From contig JBBTVD010000002.1 of assembly GCA_038063415.1 (NCBI GenBank), positions 792 through 64,791 on the forward strand: DNA of 64,000 nucleotides. Direction: 5' to 3'. Position 1 is the stretch's first letter. Each line of letters starts with the position of its first letter. This DNA is from Patescibacteria group bacterium. Its GTDB lineage: Bacteria > Patescibacteriota > Microgenomatia > Levybacterales > UBA12049. Below, piece after piece: positions 1 to 10,273 of this stretch. Made by a program: the position numbers and the translations under genes. The notes under the pieces were generated by a model. That model did not search any database and was not told where the DNA came from. It saw only the letters and a list, made by a program, of their open reading frames with translations.

Positions 1-10
1 AAAATTTTTT

Positions 11-1735
11 ATGAATTTTTTTAAAAAACTTTTACCATTTATTATTATCCTTACACTTTCTTACTGGGCCATAAAGCCACTCTTTCTGCCAGGGTTTTTC
101 CCTATGCATGATGATACGCAAGTAGCTCGAGTTTTTGCAATGCAACAATCGCTCACTGATGGGATGTTCCCTGTTCGGTGGGTTTCTGACTTGGGCTACG
201 GGTATGGGTATCCCATCTTTAATTTCTACGCGCCACTTTCCTATTATGTCGGAGCTTTTTTTGATCTCATAGGCTTTGATACCCTTAGCGCGACCAAAAT
301 AACGATGGGTATTGGTATTGTGGCAGCTGGTATCTTTATGTATTTGCTTGCCAGCAAATTCTTTGGAAGGCGTGCGGGAATTATTGCTGGACTATTGTAT
401 CTCTATGCACCCTATCATGCTGTTGAAATCTATGTACGAGGTGATGTGGCCGAGTTTTGGGCATATGCATTTATTCCACTTGTTTTTTATGGATTCTACT
501 CACTCTCTCTTTCCCTTCTTGAAAAAAAGAACATCCAGTTATGGCTTTGGATAAGTGTAAGTGCTTTTGCGTATGCCGGGCTTATCTTATCGCATAATTT
601 GACAGCCTTTATGGTTACTCCTTTCCTTGGTGTTTTTGTCTTTTTGCTTTTCCTTTTTGCAAAGAAAAAGATTGGATGGAAAAAAGCATCGATTCTTTTA
701 AGTGGGTTGGTTATAGGCGTACTGATCTCAGCTTTTTACTGGTTGCCGACGCTTGCGGAAATGCGTTACACCAATATCCTTTCACAAGTTGGGGGAACAG
801 CAAATTATGCAGATCATTTTGTCTGTCCGAGACAACTCTGGGAAAGCCCCTGGGGATTTGCTGGGACTGCACCAGGTTGTACTGATGGAATGTCTTTTGC
901 ACTTGGTAAGTTACAGATACTTTTTGTCTTACTGGCAATGATTGCTTCCTGCATCTTTTGGAGACGTGAGGTAACTCGGATAAGATTTGTCTGGCTTACA
1001 CTCGTCGAGTTTATTTTTGTTATTTTCTTAATGCTTCCGTGGTCTCAGTTCTTGTGGGATATTGTGCCTCTTATGTCATTTTTTCAATATCCCTGGCGCT
1101 TTCTTATTCTGGCATCCTTTTTTAGCGCTTTTTTAGGAGGATTTGTTTGGAAATGTGTTGAAGGTGTTTTTGCAAAAAAGAAAGTCTTATTGTCCGCTGG
1201 CACGATCATTCTCATTTACACCATTATTTTTTTCAACGCAGCTGTTTTTGTTCCGCAAACGATACTAACTCGTTCTGCATCCGATTACACATCGCCTCTT
1301 GCTCTTCGTTGGTATGCATCAGAACTTACTCATGAATATCTACCACCAGCCTTTAGCGAACCAGAGAAGCAAGCAGATGTCCCTTTACGAAAATTAGTAC
1401 CCAACCCTATCGTATCGATTCACTCTTTGGATGAAAAAACACAACAGATAACAATGATTCTTACTGCAAGAGAAAAGACGAGTTTGGTCGTTAACCAGGC
1501 ATATTTCCCTGCGTGGCAGTTATTTATTGATGAGGAGAAGCGCCCATATCGTTTTTTTGACAAAGGGATTATCTTAACTATTCCAAAAGGGAAACATGAC
1601 GTTGTTCTCAAATATGTTGAAACACCAATCGAAAAGATAGGAAATGCCTTGTCTCTTACTGGCATTGGGATCCTAATTCTTGGTATAATCTCTCACAGAA
1701 GAAGAAATAAGACGTATGGCAAGAAAACTACCTGA
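11..1735 (+). CDS. Multi-TM GT-C-like membrane protein (PTPS-related/YfhO-like)
   Basis: 574-aa ORF; motifs HDDTQVARV, FPVRW..DLGYGYGYPIFNFY, YAPYH, QYPWRF; C-terminal YfhO-like YFPAW soluble domain. Confidence 0.75.
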   Translation: MNFFKKLLPFIIILTLSYWAIKPLFLPGFFPMHDDTQVARVFAMQQSLTDGMFPVRWVSDLGYGYGYPIFNFYAPLSYYVGAFFDLIGFDTLSATKITMGIGIVAAGIFMYLLASKFFGRRAGIIAGLLYLYAPYHAVEIYVRGDVAEFWAYAFIPLVFYGFYSLSLSLLEKKNIQLWLWISVSAFAYAGLILSHNLTAFMVTPFLGVFVFLLFLFAKKKIGWKKASILLSGLVIGVLISAFYWLPTLAEMRYTNILSQVGGTANYADHFVCPRQLWESPWGFAGTAPGCTDGMSFALGKLQILFVLLAMIASCIFWRREVTRIRFVWLTLVEFIFVIFLMLPWSQFLWDIVPLMSFFQYPWRFLILASFFSAFLGGFVWKCVEGVFAKKKVLLSAGTIILIYTIIFFNAAVFVPQTILTRSASDYTSPLALRWYASELTHEYLPPAFSEPEKQADVPLRKLVPNPIVSIHSLDEKTQQITMILTAREKTSLVVNQAYFPAWQLFIDEEKRPYRFFDKGIILTIPKGKHDVVLKYVETPIEKIGNALSLTGIGILILGIISHRRRNKTYGKKTT

Positions 1736-2435
1736 ACTTTCTCTTTTTTTTCCATTTTGGAATGAAGAATCAAATATTGAACACGTGGTGACAACTGCTC
1801 TTCCCATTGCGGAAAAAGTGGCCGATAAATGGGAAATGCTGCTTATTGACGATGGTTCTTCTGACAATACACTTGAAATTGCTAAAAAACTTGCCAAAAA
1901 AGACAAGCGTATCAAAGTTATTAGTCATCAACCAAATAGAGGCTATGGGGCTGCGTTAACTTCTGGGTTTGCACAGGCAAAGTATGCCTATATTGTCTTC
2001 ACAGATGGAGATGCACAGTTTGATTTTGCTGAAGTAAGTAAATTTATTGAAAAAATCGATAACAAAGACATTGTTATTGGTTTTCGTAAAAAAAGAAGAG
2101 ACAATAACCGTATCAAGAGATTGCTTCTTATGAACTTACTAAAAATGTGGGATTTCCTTCTTTTTCACTTTTCTTATCGTGATATCGATTGTGGATTTAA
2201 GATGTTTCGACGGGAGGCTATCAGAACGTTACTTCCACTACGTTCTGAAGGAGCAATGATTACCACAGAAATTTTGGCAAAAGCAAAAAGAAAAAAATTG
2301 TCGATAGCTGAAATAGGTGTAACACATTATCCTCGCTTACACGGAAATCAGAGTGGTGCCAATATCCCAGTCGTAATTCGGGCTATTCTGGAAAGCTTCA
2401 TCTTGTGGTACGATTTACATTATGGAAGAACTTGA
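1716..2435 (+). CDS. GT2 polyprenol-phosphate glycosyltransferase (DPM synthase-like)
   Basis: DDGSSD, NRGYGAAL, DGDAQF, DIDCGFK motifs. Confidence 0.85.
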   Translation: MARKLPELSLFFPFWNEESNIEHVVTTALPIAEKVADKWEMLLIDDGSSDNTLEIAKKLAKKDKRIKVISHQPNRGYGAALTSGFAQAKYAYIVFTDGDAQFDFAEVSKFIEKIDNKDIVIGFRKKRRDNNRIKRLLLMNLLKMWDFLLFHFSYRDIDCGFKMFRREAIRTLLPLRSEGAMITTEILAKAKRKKLSIAEIGVTHYPRLHGNQSGANIPVVIRAILESFILWYDLHYGRT

Positions 2436-3876
2436 TATCGCAACAGTGGTAAAGCGTTCCATTCGTGGTGTGCTTGCCCTTGTCTCCCGCTCAATTGTGA
2501 TCCAGGGCATCAGTTTGCTAACTGCTTTGCTGCTTTTTGGGTTACTTGATGAGTCTGATATTGGTATTTTTGCAGTTGTTTCAGCATCACTCGCTTTCCT
2601 TACCTATTTTTCAGACATTGGTCTGGCCGCGGCTCTGATTCAGAAAAAAGAGTCACTCACAACAGATGACCTTCGTACCACTTTTACCATACAACAGATA
2701 CTGGTTGTATTACTTGTTCTCATTGCATTTCTCCTGTCAGGGTTTTTGGGAGCAATGTATCATTTAAATAGCGAAGGGATTCTTCTTTTCCAAGCTTTAG
2801 TAGTTGCCTTTTTTCTGGCATCACTTAAGACAATCCCTTCAATTATTCTTGAAAGAAATCTTCAGTTTGAAAGGTTAGTTTTGCCACAAGTTTTTGAAAC
2901 GCTTGCGTTTAGTGGGGTAGTGCTCTATTGTGCTTTCCATGGCTACGGAATCATGAGCTACACCTATGCGGTTCTAGCTCGGGGAATTGTTGGTCTTATT
3001 GCTATTTATTGTATAGCTCCGTGGAGGATTGGTTTTACCTTTTCAAAAAGTGTCGCTAGGAAACTGTTGTCATTTGGTGTCCCTTTCCAAGCCAATAGCA
3101 TTCTTGCACTTCTCAAAGATGATTTGCTAACCCTCTATCTAGGTATCGTTTTGCCTTTTGCTCAGGTTGGCTATATTGGCTTTGCACAAAAGCTTGCTTT
3201 TACCCCGCTACGACTGGTGATGGACAATATTATTCGTATCACGTTTCCTACTTTTTCTCGTCTTGCGCACGAACCTACGAGTCTGGGTAAGGCAATTGAA
3301 AAGTCTCTCTTTGTGACGTTGGCATTAATTTTACCGGCATTAACAGGTGTAGTGATTCTTGCACCATACCTGATTGAGTATGTCCCTAAATACCAGAAAT
3401 GGGAACCAGCATTGGTTGCTTTAACTTTTTTTGCCATCAACGCTGCTTTTTCTTCGTTATCAACGCCACTTACCAATGCGCTTAATGCTATTGGCAAAGT
3501 CAAAGTGACACTCTATCTGATGGTTTTCTGGACAGTACTTACTTGGGGCATAACGCCGCTTGCGATCATGCAATTTGGTTTTAATGGTGTTGCCTATACC
3601 TCCGCACTTGTTGGGACAACTGCTGTCATTGTTGTGGCCGTCGTAAGACGGTATATTCAGTTTCGTCTCGGTAACATTATCTGGGTACCGTTGCTAGCAA
3701 CAGCGATTATGGGTATTGTACTTTTCTTCATAAGTGCTATCGTTATTACAAACATCCCGATGCTTTTTGTCGCTATAGGTATCGGAACGGTAGTCTATTT
3801 TGGTACGCTTTTTGCTCTTGGCAAACAACATATCATTGAAGATGTTCGGATGATTGCACTAAATTTAAGAAAATGA
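2422..3876 (+). CDS. wzx: Wzx-type oligosaccharide flippase (MOP family)
   Basis: 484 aa, many TM segments, DIGLAAALIQKK motif, GT context. Confidence 0.85.
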   Translation: MEELDIATVVKRSIRGVLALVSRSIVIQGISLLTALLLFGLLDESDIGIFAVVSASLAFLTYFSDIGLAAALIQKKESLTTDDLRTTFTIQQILVVLLVLIAFLLSGFLGAMYHLNSEGILLFQALVVAFFLASLKTIPSIILERNLQFERLVLPQVFETLAFSGVVLYCAFHGYGIMSYTYAVLARGIVGLIAIYCIAPWRIGFTFSKSVARKLLSFGVPFQANSILALLKDDLLTLYLGIVLPFAQVGYIGFAQKLAFTPLRLVMDNIIRITFPTFSRLAHEPTSLGKAIEKSLFVTLALILPALTGVVILAPYLIEYVPKYQKWEPALVALTFFAINAAFSSLSTPLTNALNAIGKVKVTLYLMVFWTVLTWGITPLAIMQFGFNGVAYTSALVGTTAVIVVAVVRRYIQFRLGNIIWVPLLATAIMGIVLFFISAIVITNIPMLFVAIGIGTVVYFGTLFALGKQHIIEDVRMIALNLRK

Positions 3877-4781
3877 AAATTTCTGTCGTAATTTCAACAT
3901 TTAATAACGAAAAACAGATTGAAACATGCCTCAAATCAGTAGCGTGGGCAGATGAGATTGTGGTAGTTGACGATGGTTCAACTGACAAAACGCTTGAGAT
4001 TGTCAAAAAATACACGTCTCAGATTTATCATCATAAAAGTGTCGGTTATGTCGAGCCAACGCGAAATTTTGCTATCAAAAAAGCAGCTGGGGATTGGATT
4101 CTTATCGTTGACGCTGATGAAGAAGTCCCAGAAAGTCTTGCCAAAAAACTCCGTGCAATTGCAGACACTTCTTCTGAAATAACACACGTACTTCTCCCAA
4201 GAAAAAACATGATCTTTGGAAAATGGATACAACATACTGGTTGGTGGCCAGATCATCTGATTCGTTTTTTTAAGAAAGGATCCGTCACTTGGCAAGATGA
4301 GATTCATAGCATTCCCAAAACAACAGGGGAGAGTATGACGTTGGATGGTGAATCAAACGGGCTTATTCATCATCATTACCAGGCGATAACGCAATTTCTT
4401 CACAAGAATTTAGAACAATATGCTCCTCAAGAAGCAAAAGAACTATTGGAGAAAGGTTATCGCTTTTCAGCAGTAGACGTGATTCGTTTCCCAACGCGGG
4501 AGTTTCTTAGTCGATATTTTGCCCGCGAAGGGTACAAAGACGGGCTACATGGTCTGATTCTCTCGCTTCTAATGGCTGTGTATCATTTTGTTATTTTCTT
4601 ACATCTTTGGGAAGCAAATAAGTTTACGCAAGTTGATGAGAAAACACTTTCCAAAAATATTAAGGATGAAGCAAATTCAATGAAAAAAGAGTTTATCTTT
4701 TGGTTTAACAAACAACAAGTAGATAAAGCAGCAACGCCTCTTAAAAAATTTCTCTTAAAAGTAAAAGGAAAGCTTCAGTAA
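3873..4781 (+). CDS. GT2 glycosyltransferase (WaaE/KdtX-like)
   Basis: VVVDDGSTD, RNFAI, DADE, WWPD..RFF motifs. Confidence 0.85.
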   Translation: MKISVVISTFNNEKQIETCLKSVAWADEIVVVDDGSTDKTLEIVKKYTSQIYHHKSVGYVEPTRNFAIKKAAGDWILIVDADEEVPESLAKKLRAIADTSSEITHVLLPRKNMIFGKWIQHTGWWPDHLIRFFKKGSVTWQDEIHSIPKTTGESMTLDGESNGLIHHHYQAITQFLHKNLEQYAPQEAKELLEKGYRFSAVDVIRFPTREFLSRYFAREGYKDGLHGLILSLLMAVYHFVIFLHLWEANKFTQVDEKTLSKNIKDEANSMKKEFIFWFNKQQVDKAATPLKKFLLKVKGKLQ

Positions 4782-4788
4782 TTAAATT

Positions 4789-5700
4789 ATGAAAAAAATT
4801 GCTATTGTAACCGTTAATTATAATACGGCTGATGAAACGAAAAAATTACTCGTTTCTCTCGAAAAGATTAAGAAGGATACTATTTCTCTTGAAGTTATTG
4901 TGGTTGATAATGGTTCCAAAGAGCGGTTGGTGCTTGATCCAAAAGATTTCTCTTACCAACTACAACTGCTTTATTCAGAAGAAAATACTGGCTTTACTGG
5001 TGGCTATAATAGGGGTATTAGACAAGCGCTTGTCGATGGCGCTGAGTATCTGTTACTTATTAATAACGATACCATAGTCGATCCCTTGGTACTTACCAAG
5101 CTACTTGAACCCTTTGAAACAGATAAAAAAATAGGAATAACCGTTCCCAAAATTTACTTTGCCCGGGGACATGAATTTCATAAAGGTCGTTACACAGAAA
5201 AAGACTTAGGAAGAGTATTTTGGTATGCTGGAGGAGCAATGGATTGGGATCATGTGATGAGCCGCCATCGAGGAGTTGATGAAGTTGATCACGGTCAGTA
5301 TGATGTGACTGAACAAACTGGTTTTGCTACTGGTTGTTGCTTGCTCGTCAAACGTGAAGTTTTTAAAAAAGCAGGACTCTTTGCTGATAACTATTTCCTA
5401 TACTTTGAAGATGCAGATTTTACCCAACGAGTGAAGCAATTAGACTATGACATTTTGTATGTCCCAGCGGCAATCATCTGGCATAGTAATGCTGGTTCCA
5501 GTGGTTCAGGAGGTGAGCTTCATGATTATTTTTTGACTCGTAACAGAATGCTCTTTGGGATGAAGTATGCACCACTTCGAACAAAAATTGCTCTAGTAAG
5601 AGAAAGTATCCGCCTGCTTAATCAAGGTAGACCCTTTCAAAAAAAAGGAATACAGGATTTTTATCTCAGGAAATTTGGAAAGGGGAGTTTTTTTGATTAA
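4789..5700 (+). CDS. GT2 glycosyltransferase (WbbL/rhamnosyltransferase-like)
   Basis: VNYN, VDNGS, NTGFTGGYN, NNDT, GCC, YFEDAD motifs. Confidence 0.85.
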   Translation: MKKIAIVTVNYNTADETKKLLVSLEKIKKDTISLEVIVVDNGSKERLVLDPKDFSYQLQLLYSEENTGFTGGYNRGIRQALVDGAEYLLLINNDTIVDPLVLTKLLEPFETDKKIGITVPKIYFARGHEFHKGRYTEKDLGRVFWYAGGAMDWDHVMSRHRGVDEVDHGQYDVTEQTGFATGCCLLVKREVFKKAGLFADNYFLYFEDADFTQRVKQLDYDILYVPAAIIWHSNAGSSGSGGELHDYFLTRNRMLFGMKYAPLRTKIALVRESIRLLNQGRPFQKKGIQDFYLRKFGKGSFFD

Positions 5701-5703
5701 TAT

Positions 5704-6450
5704 ATGACAAAATTATCAGCTGTTATCTTAACCAAAAATGTCGAAAATCTGATCGCGGATTGTATTGATTCGCTTTCTTTTTGTGATGAGGTGATCATTA
5801 TTGATGATGGATCCACTGATCGTACGGCAGATATTGCCAAACTTCTTGGGGCAAGTGTTTACCAATTTACTGGAGAGAAATTCTCAGACAAAAGAAACTA
5901 TGCCTTGCGAAAGGTAAAAAGTAAGTGGGTTGTGTATATAGATGCAGATGAGAAAGTATCTTCAGAGCTAAAAAATTCAATTTTACAGGCAGTAAATCAA
6001 GAACGAAATCCGATTTCTGCCTATCGTATCAGAAGACAGAATTTTTATCTTGGAGACTACGTATGGCCACAAATTGAACTCTTAGAAAGACTCTTTAAAA
6101 AAGCGAATCTTGAAGCATGGTATGGGGATGTCCATGAGACAGCAAAAGTAACGGGTAGTATAAGTGAACTTGAAGGATTACTTTTTCATTATACGCATCG
6201 TGATTTAACTTCTATGGTGAATAAGACTATCCAGTGGTCCCAGATTGAAGCAAATTTGCGCTTTCAAGCACGTCATCCTAAAATGTCCTGGTGGCGTTTT
6301 TACCGCGTAATGTTTACGGGATTTTATGATTCTTATGTCAAACAAAAAGGCTACAAAGTAGGAACCTCAGGGCTTATTGAAAGTATCTATCAGGGATTTA
6401 GTATGTTTATTACTTATGCAAGACTGTGGGAGATGCAGAAGGGTAAATAG
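5704..6450 (+). CDS. GT2 glycosyltransferase (WaaE-like)
   Basis: IDDGSTD, KRNYA, DADE, VHE motifs. Confidence 0.85.
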   Translation: MTKLSAVILTKNVENLIADCIDSLSFCDEVIIIDDGSTDRTADIAKLLGASVYQFTGEKFSDKRNYALRKVKSKWVVYIDADEKVSSELKNSILQAVNQERNPISAYRIRRQNFYLGDYVWPQIELLERLFKKANLEAWYGDVHETAKVTGSISELEGLLFHYTHRDLTSMVNKTIQWSQIEANLRFQARHPKMSWWRFYRVMFTGFYDSYVKQKGYKVGTSGLIESIYQGFSMFITYARLWEMQKGK

Positions 6451-6474
6451 ATCCTGAAACGAGTTCAGGATGAC
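6450..6474. repeat. GTCAT-type REP-like hairpin (single, reverse orientation); may act as a terminator between convergent genes
   Basis: gATCCTGAA-acgag-TTCAGGATgac, 8-bp perfect stem. Confidence 0.65.
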
Positions 6475-6478
6475 AGGG

Positions 6479-6736
6479 TTATTCAACTTTTTTGGTCGTA
6501 AAGGTGTTCTTGAACCAACCCTTAATTTCTGCGAAGGTTAATCGTTTCTTTGCAAAGCGGAACAGATAAATCAGATCTAAAATACCAATCGTATTAAGGA
6601 CAAGAATAACCACAAACCAATTCCTCTGCTTTGCATGGGCTGCTCGCCAAAGTGCTATTCCTTTCCAAATCATTGCCCAAACCATAAGGACATAGATGAG
6701 GATTGTTTCGCCAAGCGGTGGAGGAGTTCCATTCAT
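6479..6736 (-). CDS. Small membrane protein (DUF5652-like)
   Basis: 85 aa; W..IWKGIALWRAA...Q.NWFVVILVLNTIGIL pattern. Confidence 0.7.
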   Translation of the reverse strand: MNGTPPPLGETILIYVLMVWAMIWKGIALWRAAHAKQRNWFVVILVLNTIGILDLIYLFRFAKKRLTFAEIKGWFKNTFTTKKVE

Positions 6737-6800
6737 AATTGTATCCTACCATGACTGTGGGTGCTATGCAAGTAGTAATGAAACTTGATACAATCGAACT

Positions 6801-7865
6801 ATGCACATTGGCATTTATGATCCATATCTTGACGATTTAGGTGGAGGAGAAAAATATATGATGACGATTGCCGAGTGTCTGAGTCATCAGCATGATGTCG
6901 ATATCTTTTGGGATAATGCGTCAGATCTGATAGCAGTTGCTACGCGGTTCTCTCTTGATGTATCTACTATCAAGATCGTCCCCAATGTCTTTGCCCAAAC
7001 AATTCCTCTGTGGAAACGACTGCTTGTCACTCGAAAGTACGATGTCATTATTTTTTTAAGCGATGGGAGTATTCCTCTTGTGCTCTCAAAAAAACTCCTC
7101 GTGCATATCCAGCAACCTTTGCAGAGCGCTGATCAATCGTCTATCAAAAGAAAGAGAATCACAAAGATTTTTTATAATTCTCTTTTTACCAGGAAATACA
7201 ATCAGAAACTTTTTACGCATATCCCAAGTATGGTTTTGTATCCTCCTGTTGTTATCAAATCAGTTCCTGTCTCCAAAGAAAATATTATTTTGCATGTTGG
7301 GAGATTTCGGGTAAATAGTGAGTGGGAAGGAGATTATAAAAAACAATTTGTCATGGTTGAATCATTCAAAAAAATGATAGATACTGGAGTTACGGGGTGG
7401 AAATTTGTCTTAGCGGTCAGTCTTCGTGCGGAGGATGCTGAACAATTTGCACGGTTACGTCACAATGCCAAAGGATACCCTATCGAATTTCTTATTGACG
7501 TACCCAATGATGCTCTTTGGAAGACATATAATAAAGCAAAAATATACTGGCATGCTTCAGGCTATGGAGAAGATCTATCAGCACATCCTGACTATGCAGA
7601 ACATTTTGGGATTTCGACAGTCGAAGCAATGGGAGCAGGAGTTGTTCCGATAGTCATCAATGCGGGGGGGCAGACGGAAATTGTCGAAAATGGTAAGGAT
7701 GGATTGCTTTGGAACACGTTGGAAGAGTTAGTAAGTAAAACAAAAAAGCTTATGCATGATCAAAAATTATGGCAACAGTTATCGCTCAACGCAAGGGAAA
7801 AAGCCCAAAAATTTACCAAAGAGCAATTTTGTAGAGATGTACAAAAGCTAGTAAGTGAATCTTAA
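6801..7865 (+). CDS. GT4 glycosyltransferase
   Basis: LGGGEKY, VGRF, EHFGISTVEAM motifs. Confidence 0.9.
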   Translation: MHIGIYDPYLDDLGGGEKYMMTIAECLSHQHDVDIFWDNASDLIAVATRFSLDVSTIKIVPNVFAQTIPLWKRLLVTRKYDVIIFLSDGSIPLVLSKKLLVHIQQPLQSADQSSIKRKRITKIFYNSLFTRKYNQKLFTHIPSMVLYPPVVIKSVPVSKENIILHVGRFRVNSEWEGDYKKQFVMVESFKKMIDTGVTGWKFVLAVSLRAEDAEQFARLRHNAKGYPIEFLIDVPNDALWKTYNKAKIYWHASGYGEDLSAHPDYAEHFGISTVEAMGAGVVPIVINAGGQTEIVENGKDGLLWNTLEELVSKTKKLMHDQKLWQQLSLNAREKAQKFTKEQFCRDVQKLVSES

Positions 7866-7873
7866 TCTAATTC

Positions 7874-7942
7874 TGTCATTCTCGTCGAAGCGGGAATCCA
7901 GAGCATATTATTTTATAGATTCCTGCCTATGCAGGGATGACA
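7874..7942. repeat. Inverted pair of GTCAT-type REP-like hairpins (REPIN/dRS3/RPE-like)
   Basis: GTCATTCTCG-tcgaag-CGGGAATCC (7875-7899) and GATTCCTGC-ctat-GCAGGGATGAC (7918-7941) in an intergenic gap. Confidence 0.7.
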
Positions 7943-7952
7943 TTCTATAGTT

Positions 7953-10265
7953 ATGAAAAAATTTTTGCCAATTATCATTCTCCTCGTAAGTATCCTTTTC
8001 TTCTTTCAGCCGTTTTTCCTTCAAGGAAGGGTTCCAATTCCTGCTGATACTATTGTGGGGCTCTATCATCCATTTCGTGATCTGTATGCGGCTGAGTATC
8101 CCAATGGTGTCCCGTATAAAAACGCTCTCCTTACTGATCCTGTCCGCCAACAATATCCCTGGAAGCATTTGGCAATCGGGCAGGAATCTCGTATGACCCT
8201 TCCTCTCTGGAATCCCTATGCGCTGGCCGGTACACCGCTTTTGGCAACCATGCAGGGAGGGGTGCTTTATCCACTCAACATTGTCTTTTTTATCATGCCT
8301 TTTACTTCTGCCTGGGGAGTATTTATTTTTTCACAACAAGTACTTGCAGGACTTTTTCTTTTCTTGTACCTGCGTAATCTCAAACTAAGTAAGCTATCGA
8401 GTCTCTTTGGTGCGATTACCTATTCCTTTTGTGGCTTTGTCATAGCTTGGCTTGAATGGGGGACGCTGGTACACGTCGCAGCATGGTTGCCCTTGATTCT
8501 CTATTGTATTGATAATATTTTTGTTTCCTATCTACATGATCATGCATTAGAATTTGATGAGGATAGTAAAAAGCTCAAGAATAGAAAAGTTGCTGGATGG
8601 TTCTTCCTCTATGCCTTTGCCTTAACCGCAGCATTTTTTGCTGGACATATCCAAACATTTTTTTACCTCTGTCTCTTTACCTGGAGTTATTTTATTGCCA
8701 GGTGGATCCAGTACGGAAGAACAAGGAAAATATTTCTCCTTTTTATTCTGGTAAACCTCTTCTTTGCCGTTATAACTATCGTTCAATGGCTTCCGACACT
8801 TCGGTTTATTAGTGAGAGTGCCAGGTCAATTGATCTTGATTGGCATAAAGAAGGGTGGTTTATCCCCTGGCAGCATCTTATTCAATTTATTGCTCCTGAT
8901 TTCTTTGGGAACTCGGCAACCCTTAATTATTGGGGTGTATGGAACTATGGAGAACATATTGGGTATATTGGGATTATTCCGTTAGTCTTTGCTTTTTTTG
9001 CACTCTTTCAGAGACATGATAGAAAGACCCTTTTTTTTGGCACGGCTTTTTTTGTTTCGTTAGTTTTTGCCCTGCCCACATTCTTTGCCATGCTTCCGTA
9101 TCTTCTGCAACTCCCTTTTCTTTCGACCGCACAGCCGACAAGATTACTTTTTATCATTGATTTTTCCCTTGCAGTTTTGGCAGCTCTTGGATGTGAATAC
9201 TATCTCAGAATATTGCACAAAAAAAGAATGCTCTGGACGCTTCTCTTTTTCTTTATTATTTTTGTTGGTCTCTGGGGAGGTGTTCTGTTTGGTCAGGAGG
9301 TTTTCTCACTTACCCAGGAAGATCTGGCAACTGCCAAAAGAAATCTTTTCCTTCCAACAGCAATTTTTGCAGGTGCAGCACTCTTTTTTGTGAGCATGCT
9401 TTTTATTAAACATCGGGGAGTAAGACAGGTGCTCGTGGGTATATTACTTGTGATTACTATTGTTGATTTACTTCGTTTTGGCAACAAATTTACTCCTTTT
9501 ACCGATGCCGCTTATCTTTTCCCAAAGACTAAAATCCTTTCATTTTTGCAGGAACAACAATCGTATCCTCGTATTATGACGACTGATGACCGGATCCTTC
9601 CTGCGAATTTCTCAGTGATGTATGGACTTTTTGGTGTTGATGGTTATGATCCCTTATATTTGCAGCGATATGGGGAATTACTCGCTGCAATAAAACGTGA
9701 CCGTCCTGATATTGCTCCACCATTTGGATTTAATCGTATCGTATCATTACATAACTATGAATCTCGGTTAACTGATTTGCTCGGAGTAAAATACATCTTA
9801 AGTCTTTCTGAACTCTCTTCTCCTAAATTGCGCTACATAATGAGTGAAGGAGAAACTCGGTTGTATGAAAATACCCAAGCTTTTCCACGAGCTTTCTTTG
9901 TTGAAAACCTCATTCAGACGACTAGCAAAGAAGCCTCAATCCAAAAACTTTTTGATGAGAGCATTGATTTACGAAAAACAGCTATTGTCGAGCACAATAA
10001 AGAAGTTCCGCAAAGGACGTATTCAGTAGGTAACGCAGCTATCGTATCCTATTCATCAAATGATATCACTGTACGAGTAAAAAATAATCAGGAAGGATTT
10101 CTAGTCTTTATGGACAGTTTTTATCCAAGTTGGCGAGCAAAAATATGTGATACGCAAAACAATAATTGTGCAGAGATTTTTGTCTACAGAACAAATTATA
10201 CGTTTAGAGGGGTAATTGTCCCTGCTGGAGAATACAACCTTCTCTTTTACGTTAATGCGCTATAA
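7953..10265 (+). CDS. YfhO-family multi-TM membrane protein (GT-C-like)
   Basis: 770 aa; PLWNPY..AGTP, GYDPL, PRAF, DSFYPSW.A, NYTFRGV.VPAG motifs. Confidence 0.8.
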   Translation: MKKFLPIIILLVSILFFFQPFFLQGRVPIPADTIVGLYHPFRDLYAAEYPNGVPYKNALLTDPVRQQYPWKHLAIGQESRMTLPLWNPYALAGTPLLATMQGGVLYPLNIVFFIMPFTSAWGVFIFSQQVLAGLFLFLYLRNLKLSKLSSLFGAITYSFCGFVIAWLEWGTLVHVAAWLPLILYCIDNIFVSYLHDHALEFDEDSKKLKNRKVAGWFFLYAFALTAAFFAGHIQTFFYLCLFTWSYFIARWIQYGRTRKIFLLFILVNLFFAVITIVQWLPTLRFISESARSIDLDWHKEGWFIPWQHLIQFIAPDFFGNSATLNYWGVWNYGEHIGYIGIIPLVFAFFALFQRHDRKTLFFGTAFFVSLVFALPTFFAMLPYLLQLPFLSTAQPTRLLFIIDFSLAVLAALGCEYYLRILHKKRMLWTLLFFFIIFVGLWGGVLFGQEVFSLTQEDLATAKRNLFLPTAIFAGAALFFVSMLFIKHRGVRQVLVGILLVITIVDLLRFGNKFTPFTDAAYLFPKTKILSFLQEQQSYPRIMTTDDRILPANFSVMYGLFGVDGYDPLYLQRYGELLAAIKRDRPDIAPPFGFNRIVSLHNYESRLTDLLGVKYILSLSELSSPKLRYIMSEGETRLYENTQAFPRAFFVENLIQTTSKEASIQKLFDESIDLRKTAIVEHNKEVPQRTYSVGNAAIVSYSSNDITVRVKNNQEGFLVFMDSFYPSWRAKICDTQNNNCAEIFVYRTNYTFRGVIVPAGEYNLLFYVNAL

Positions 10266-10273
10266 TACACTCT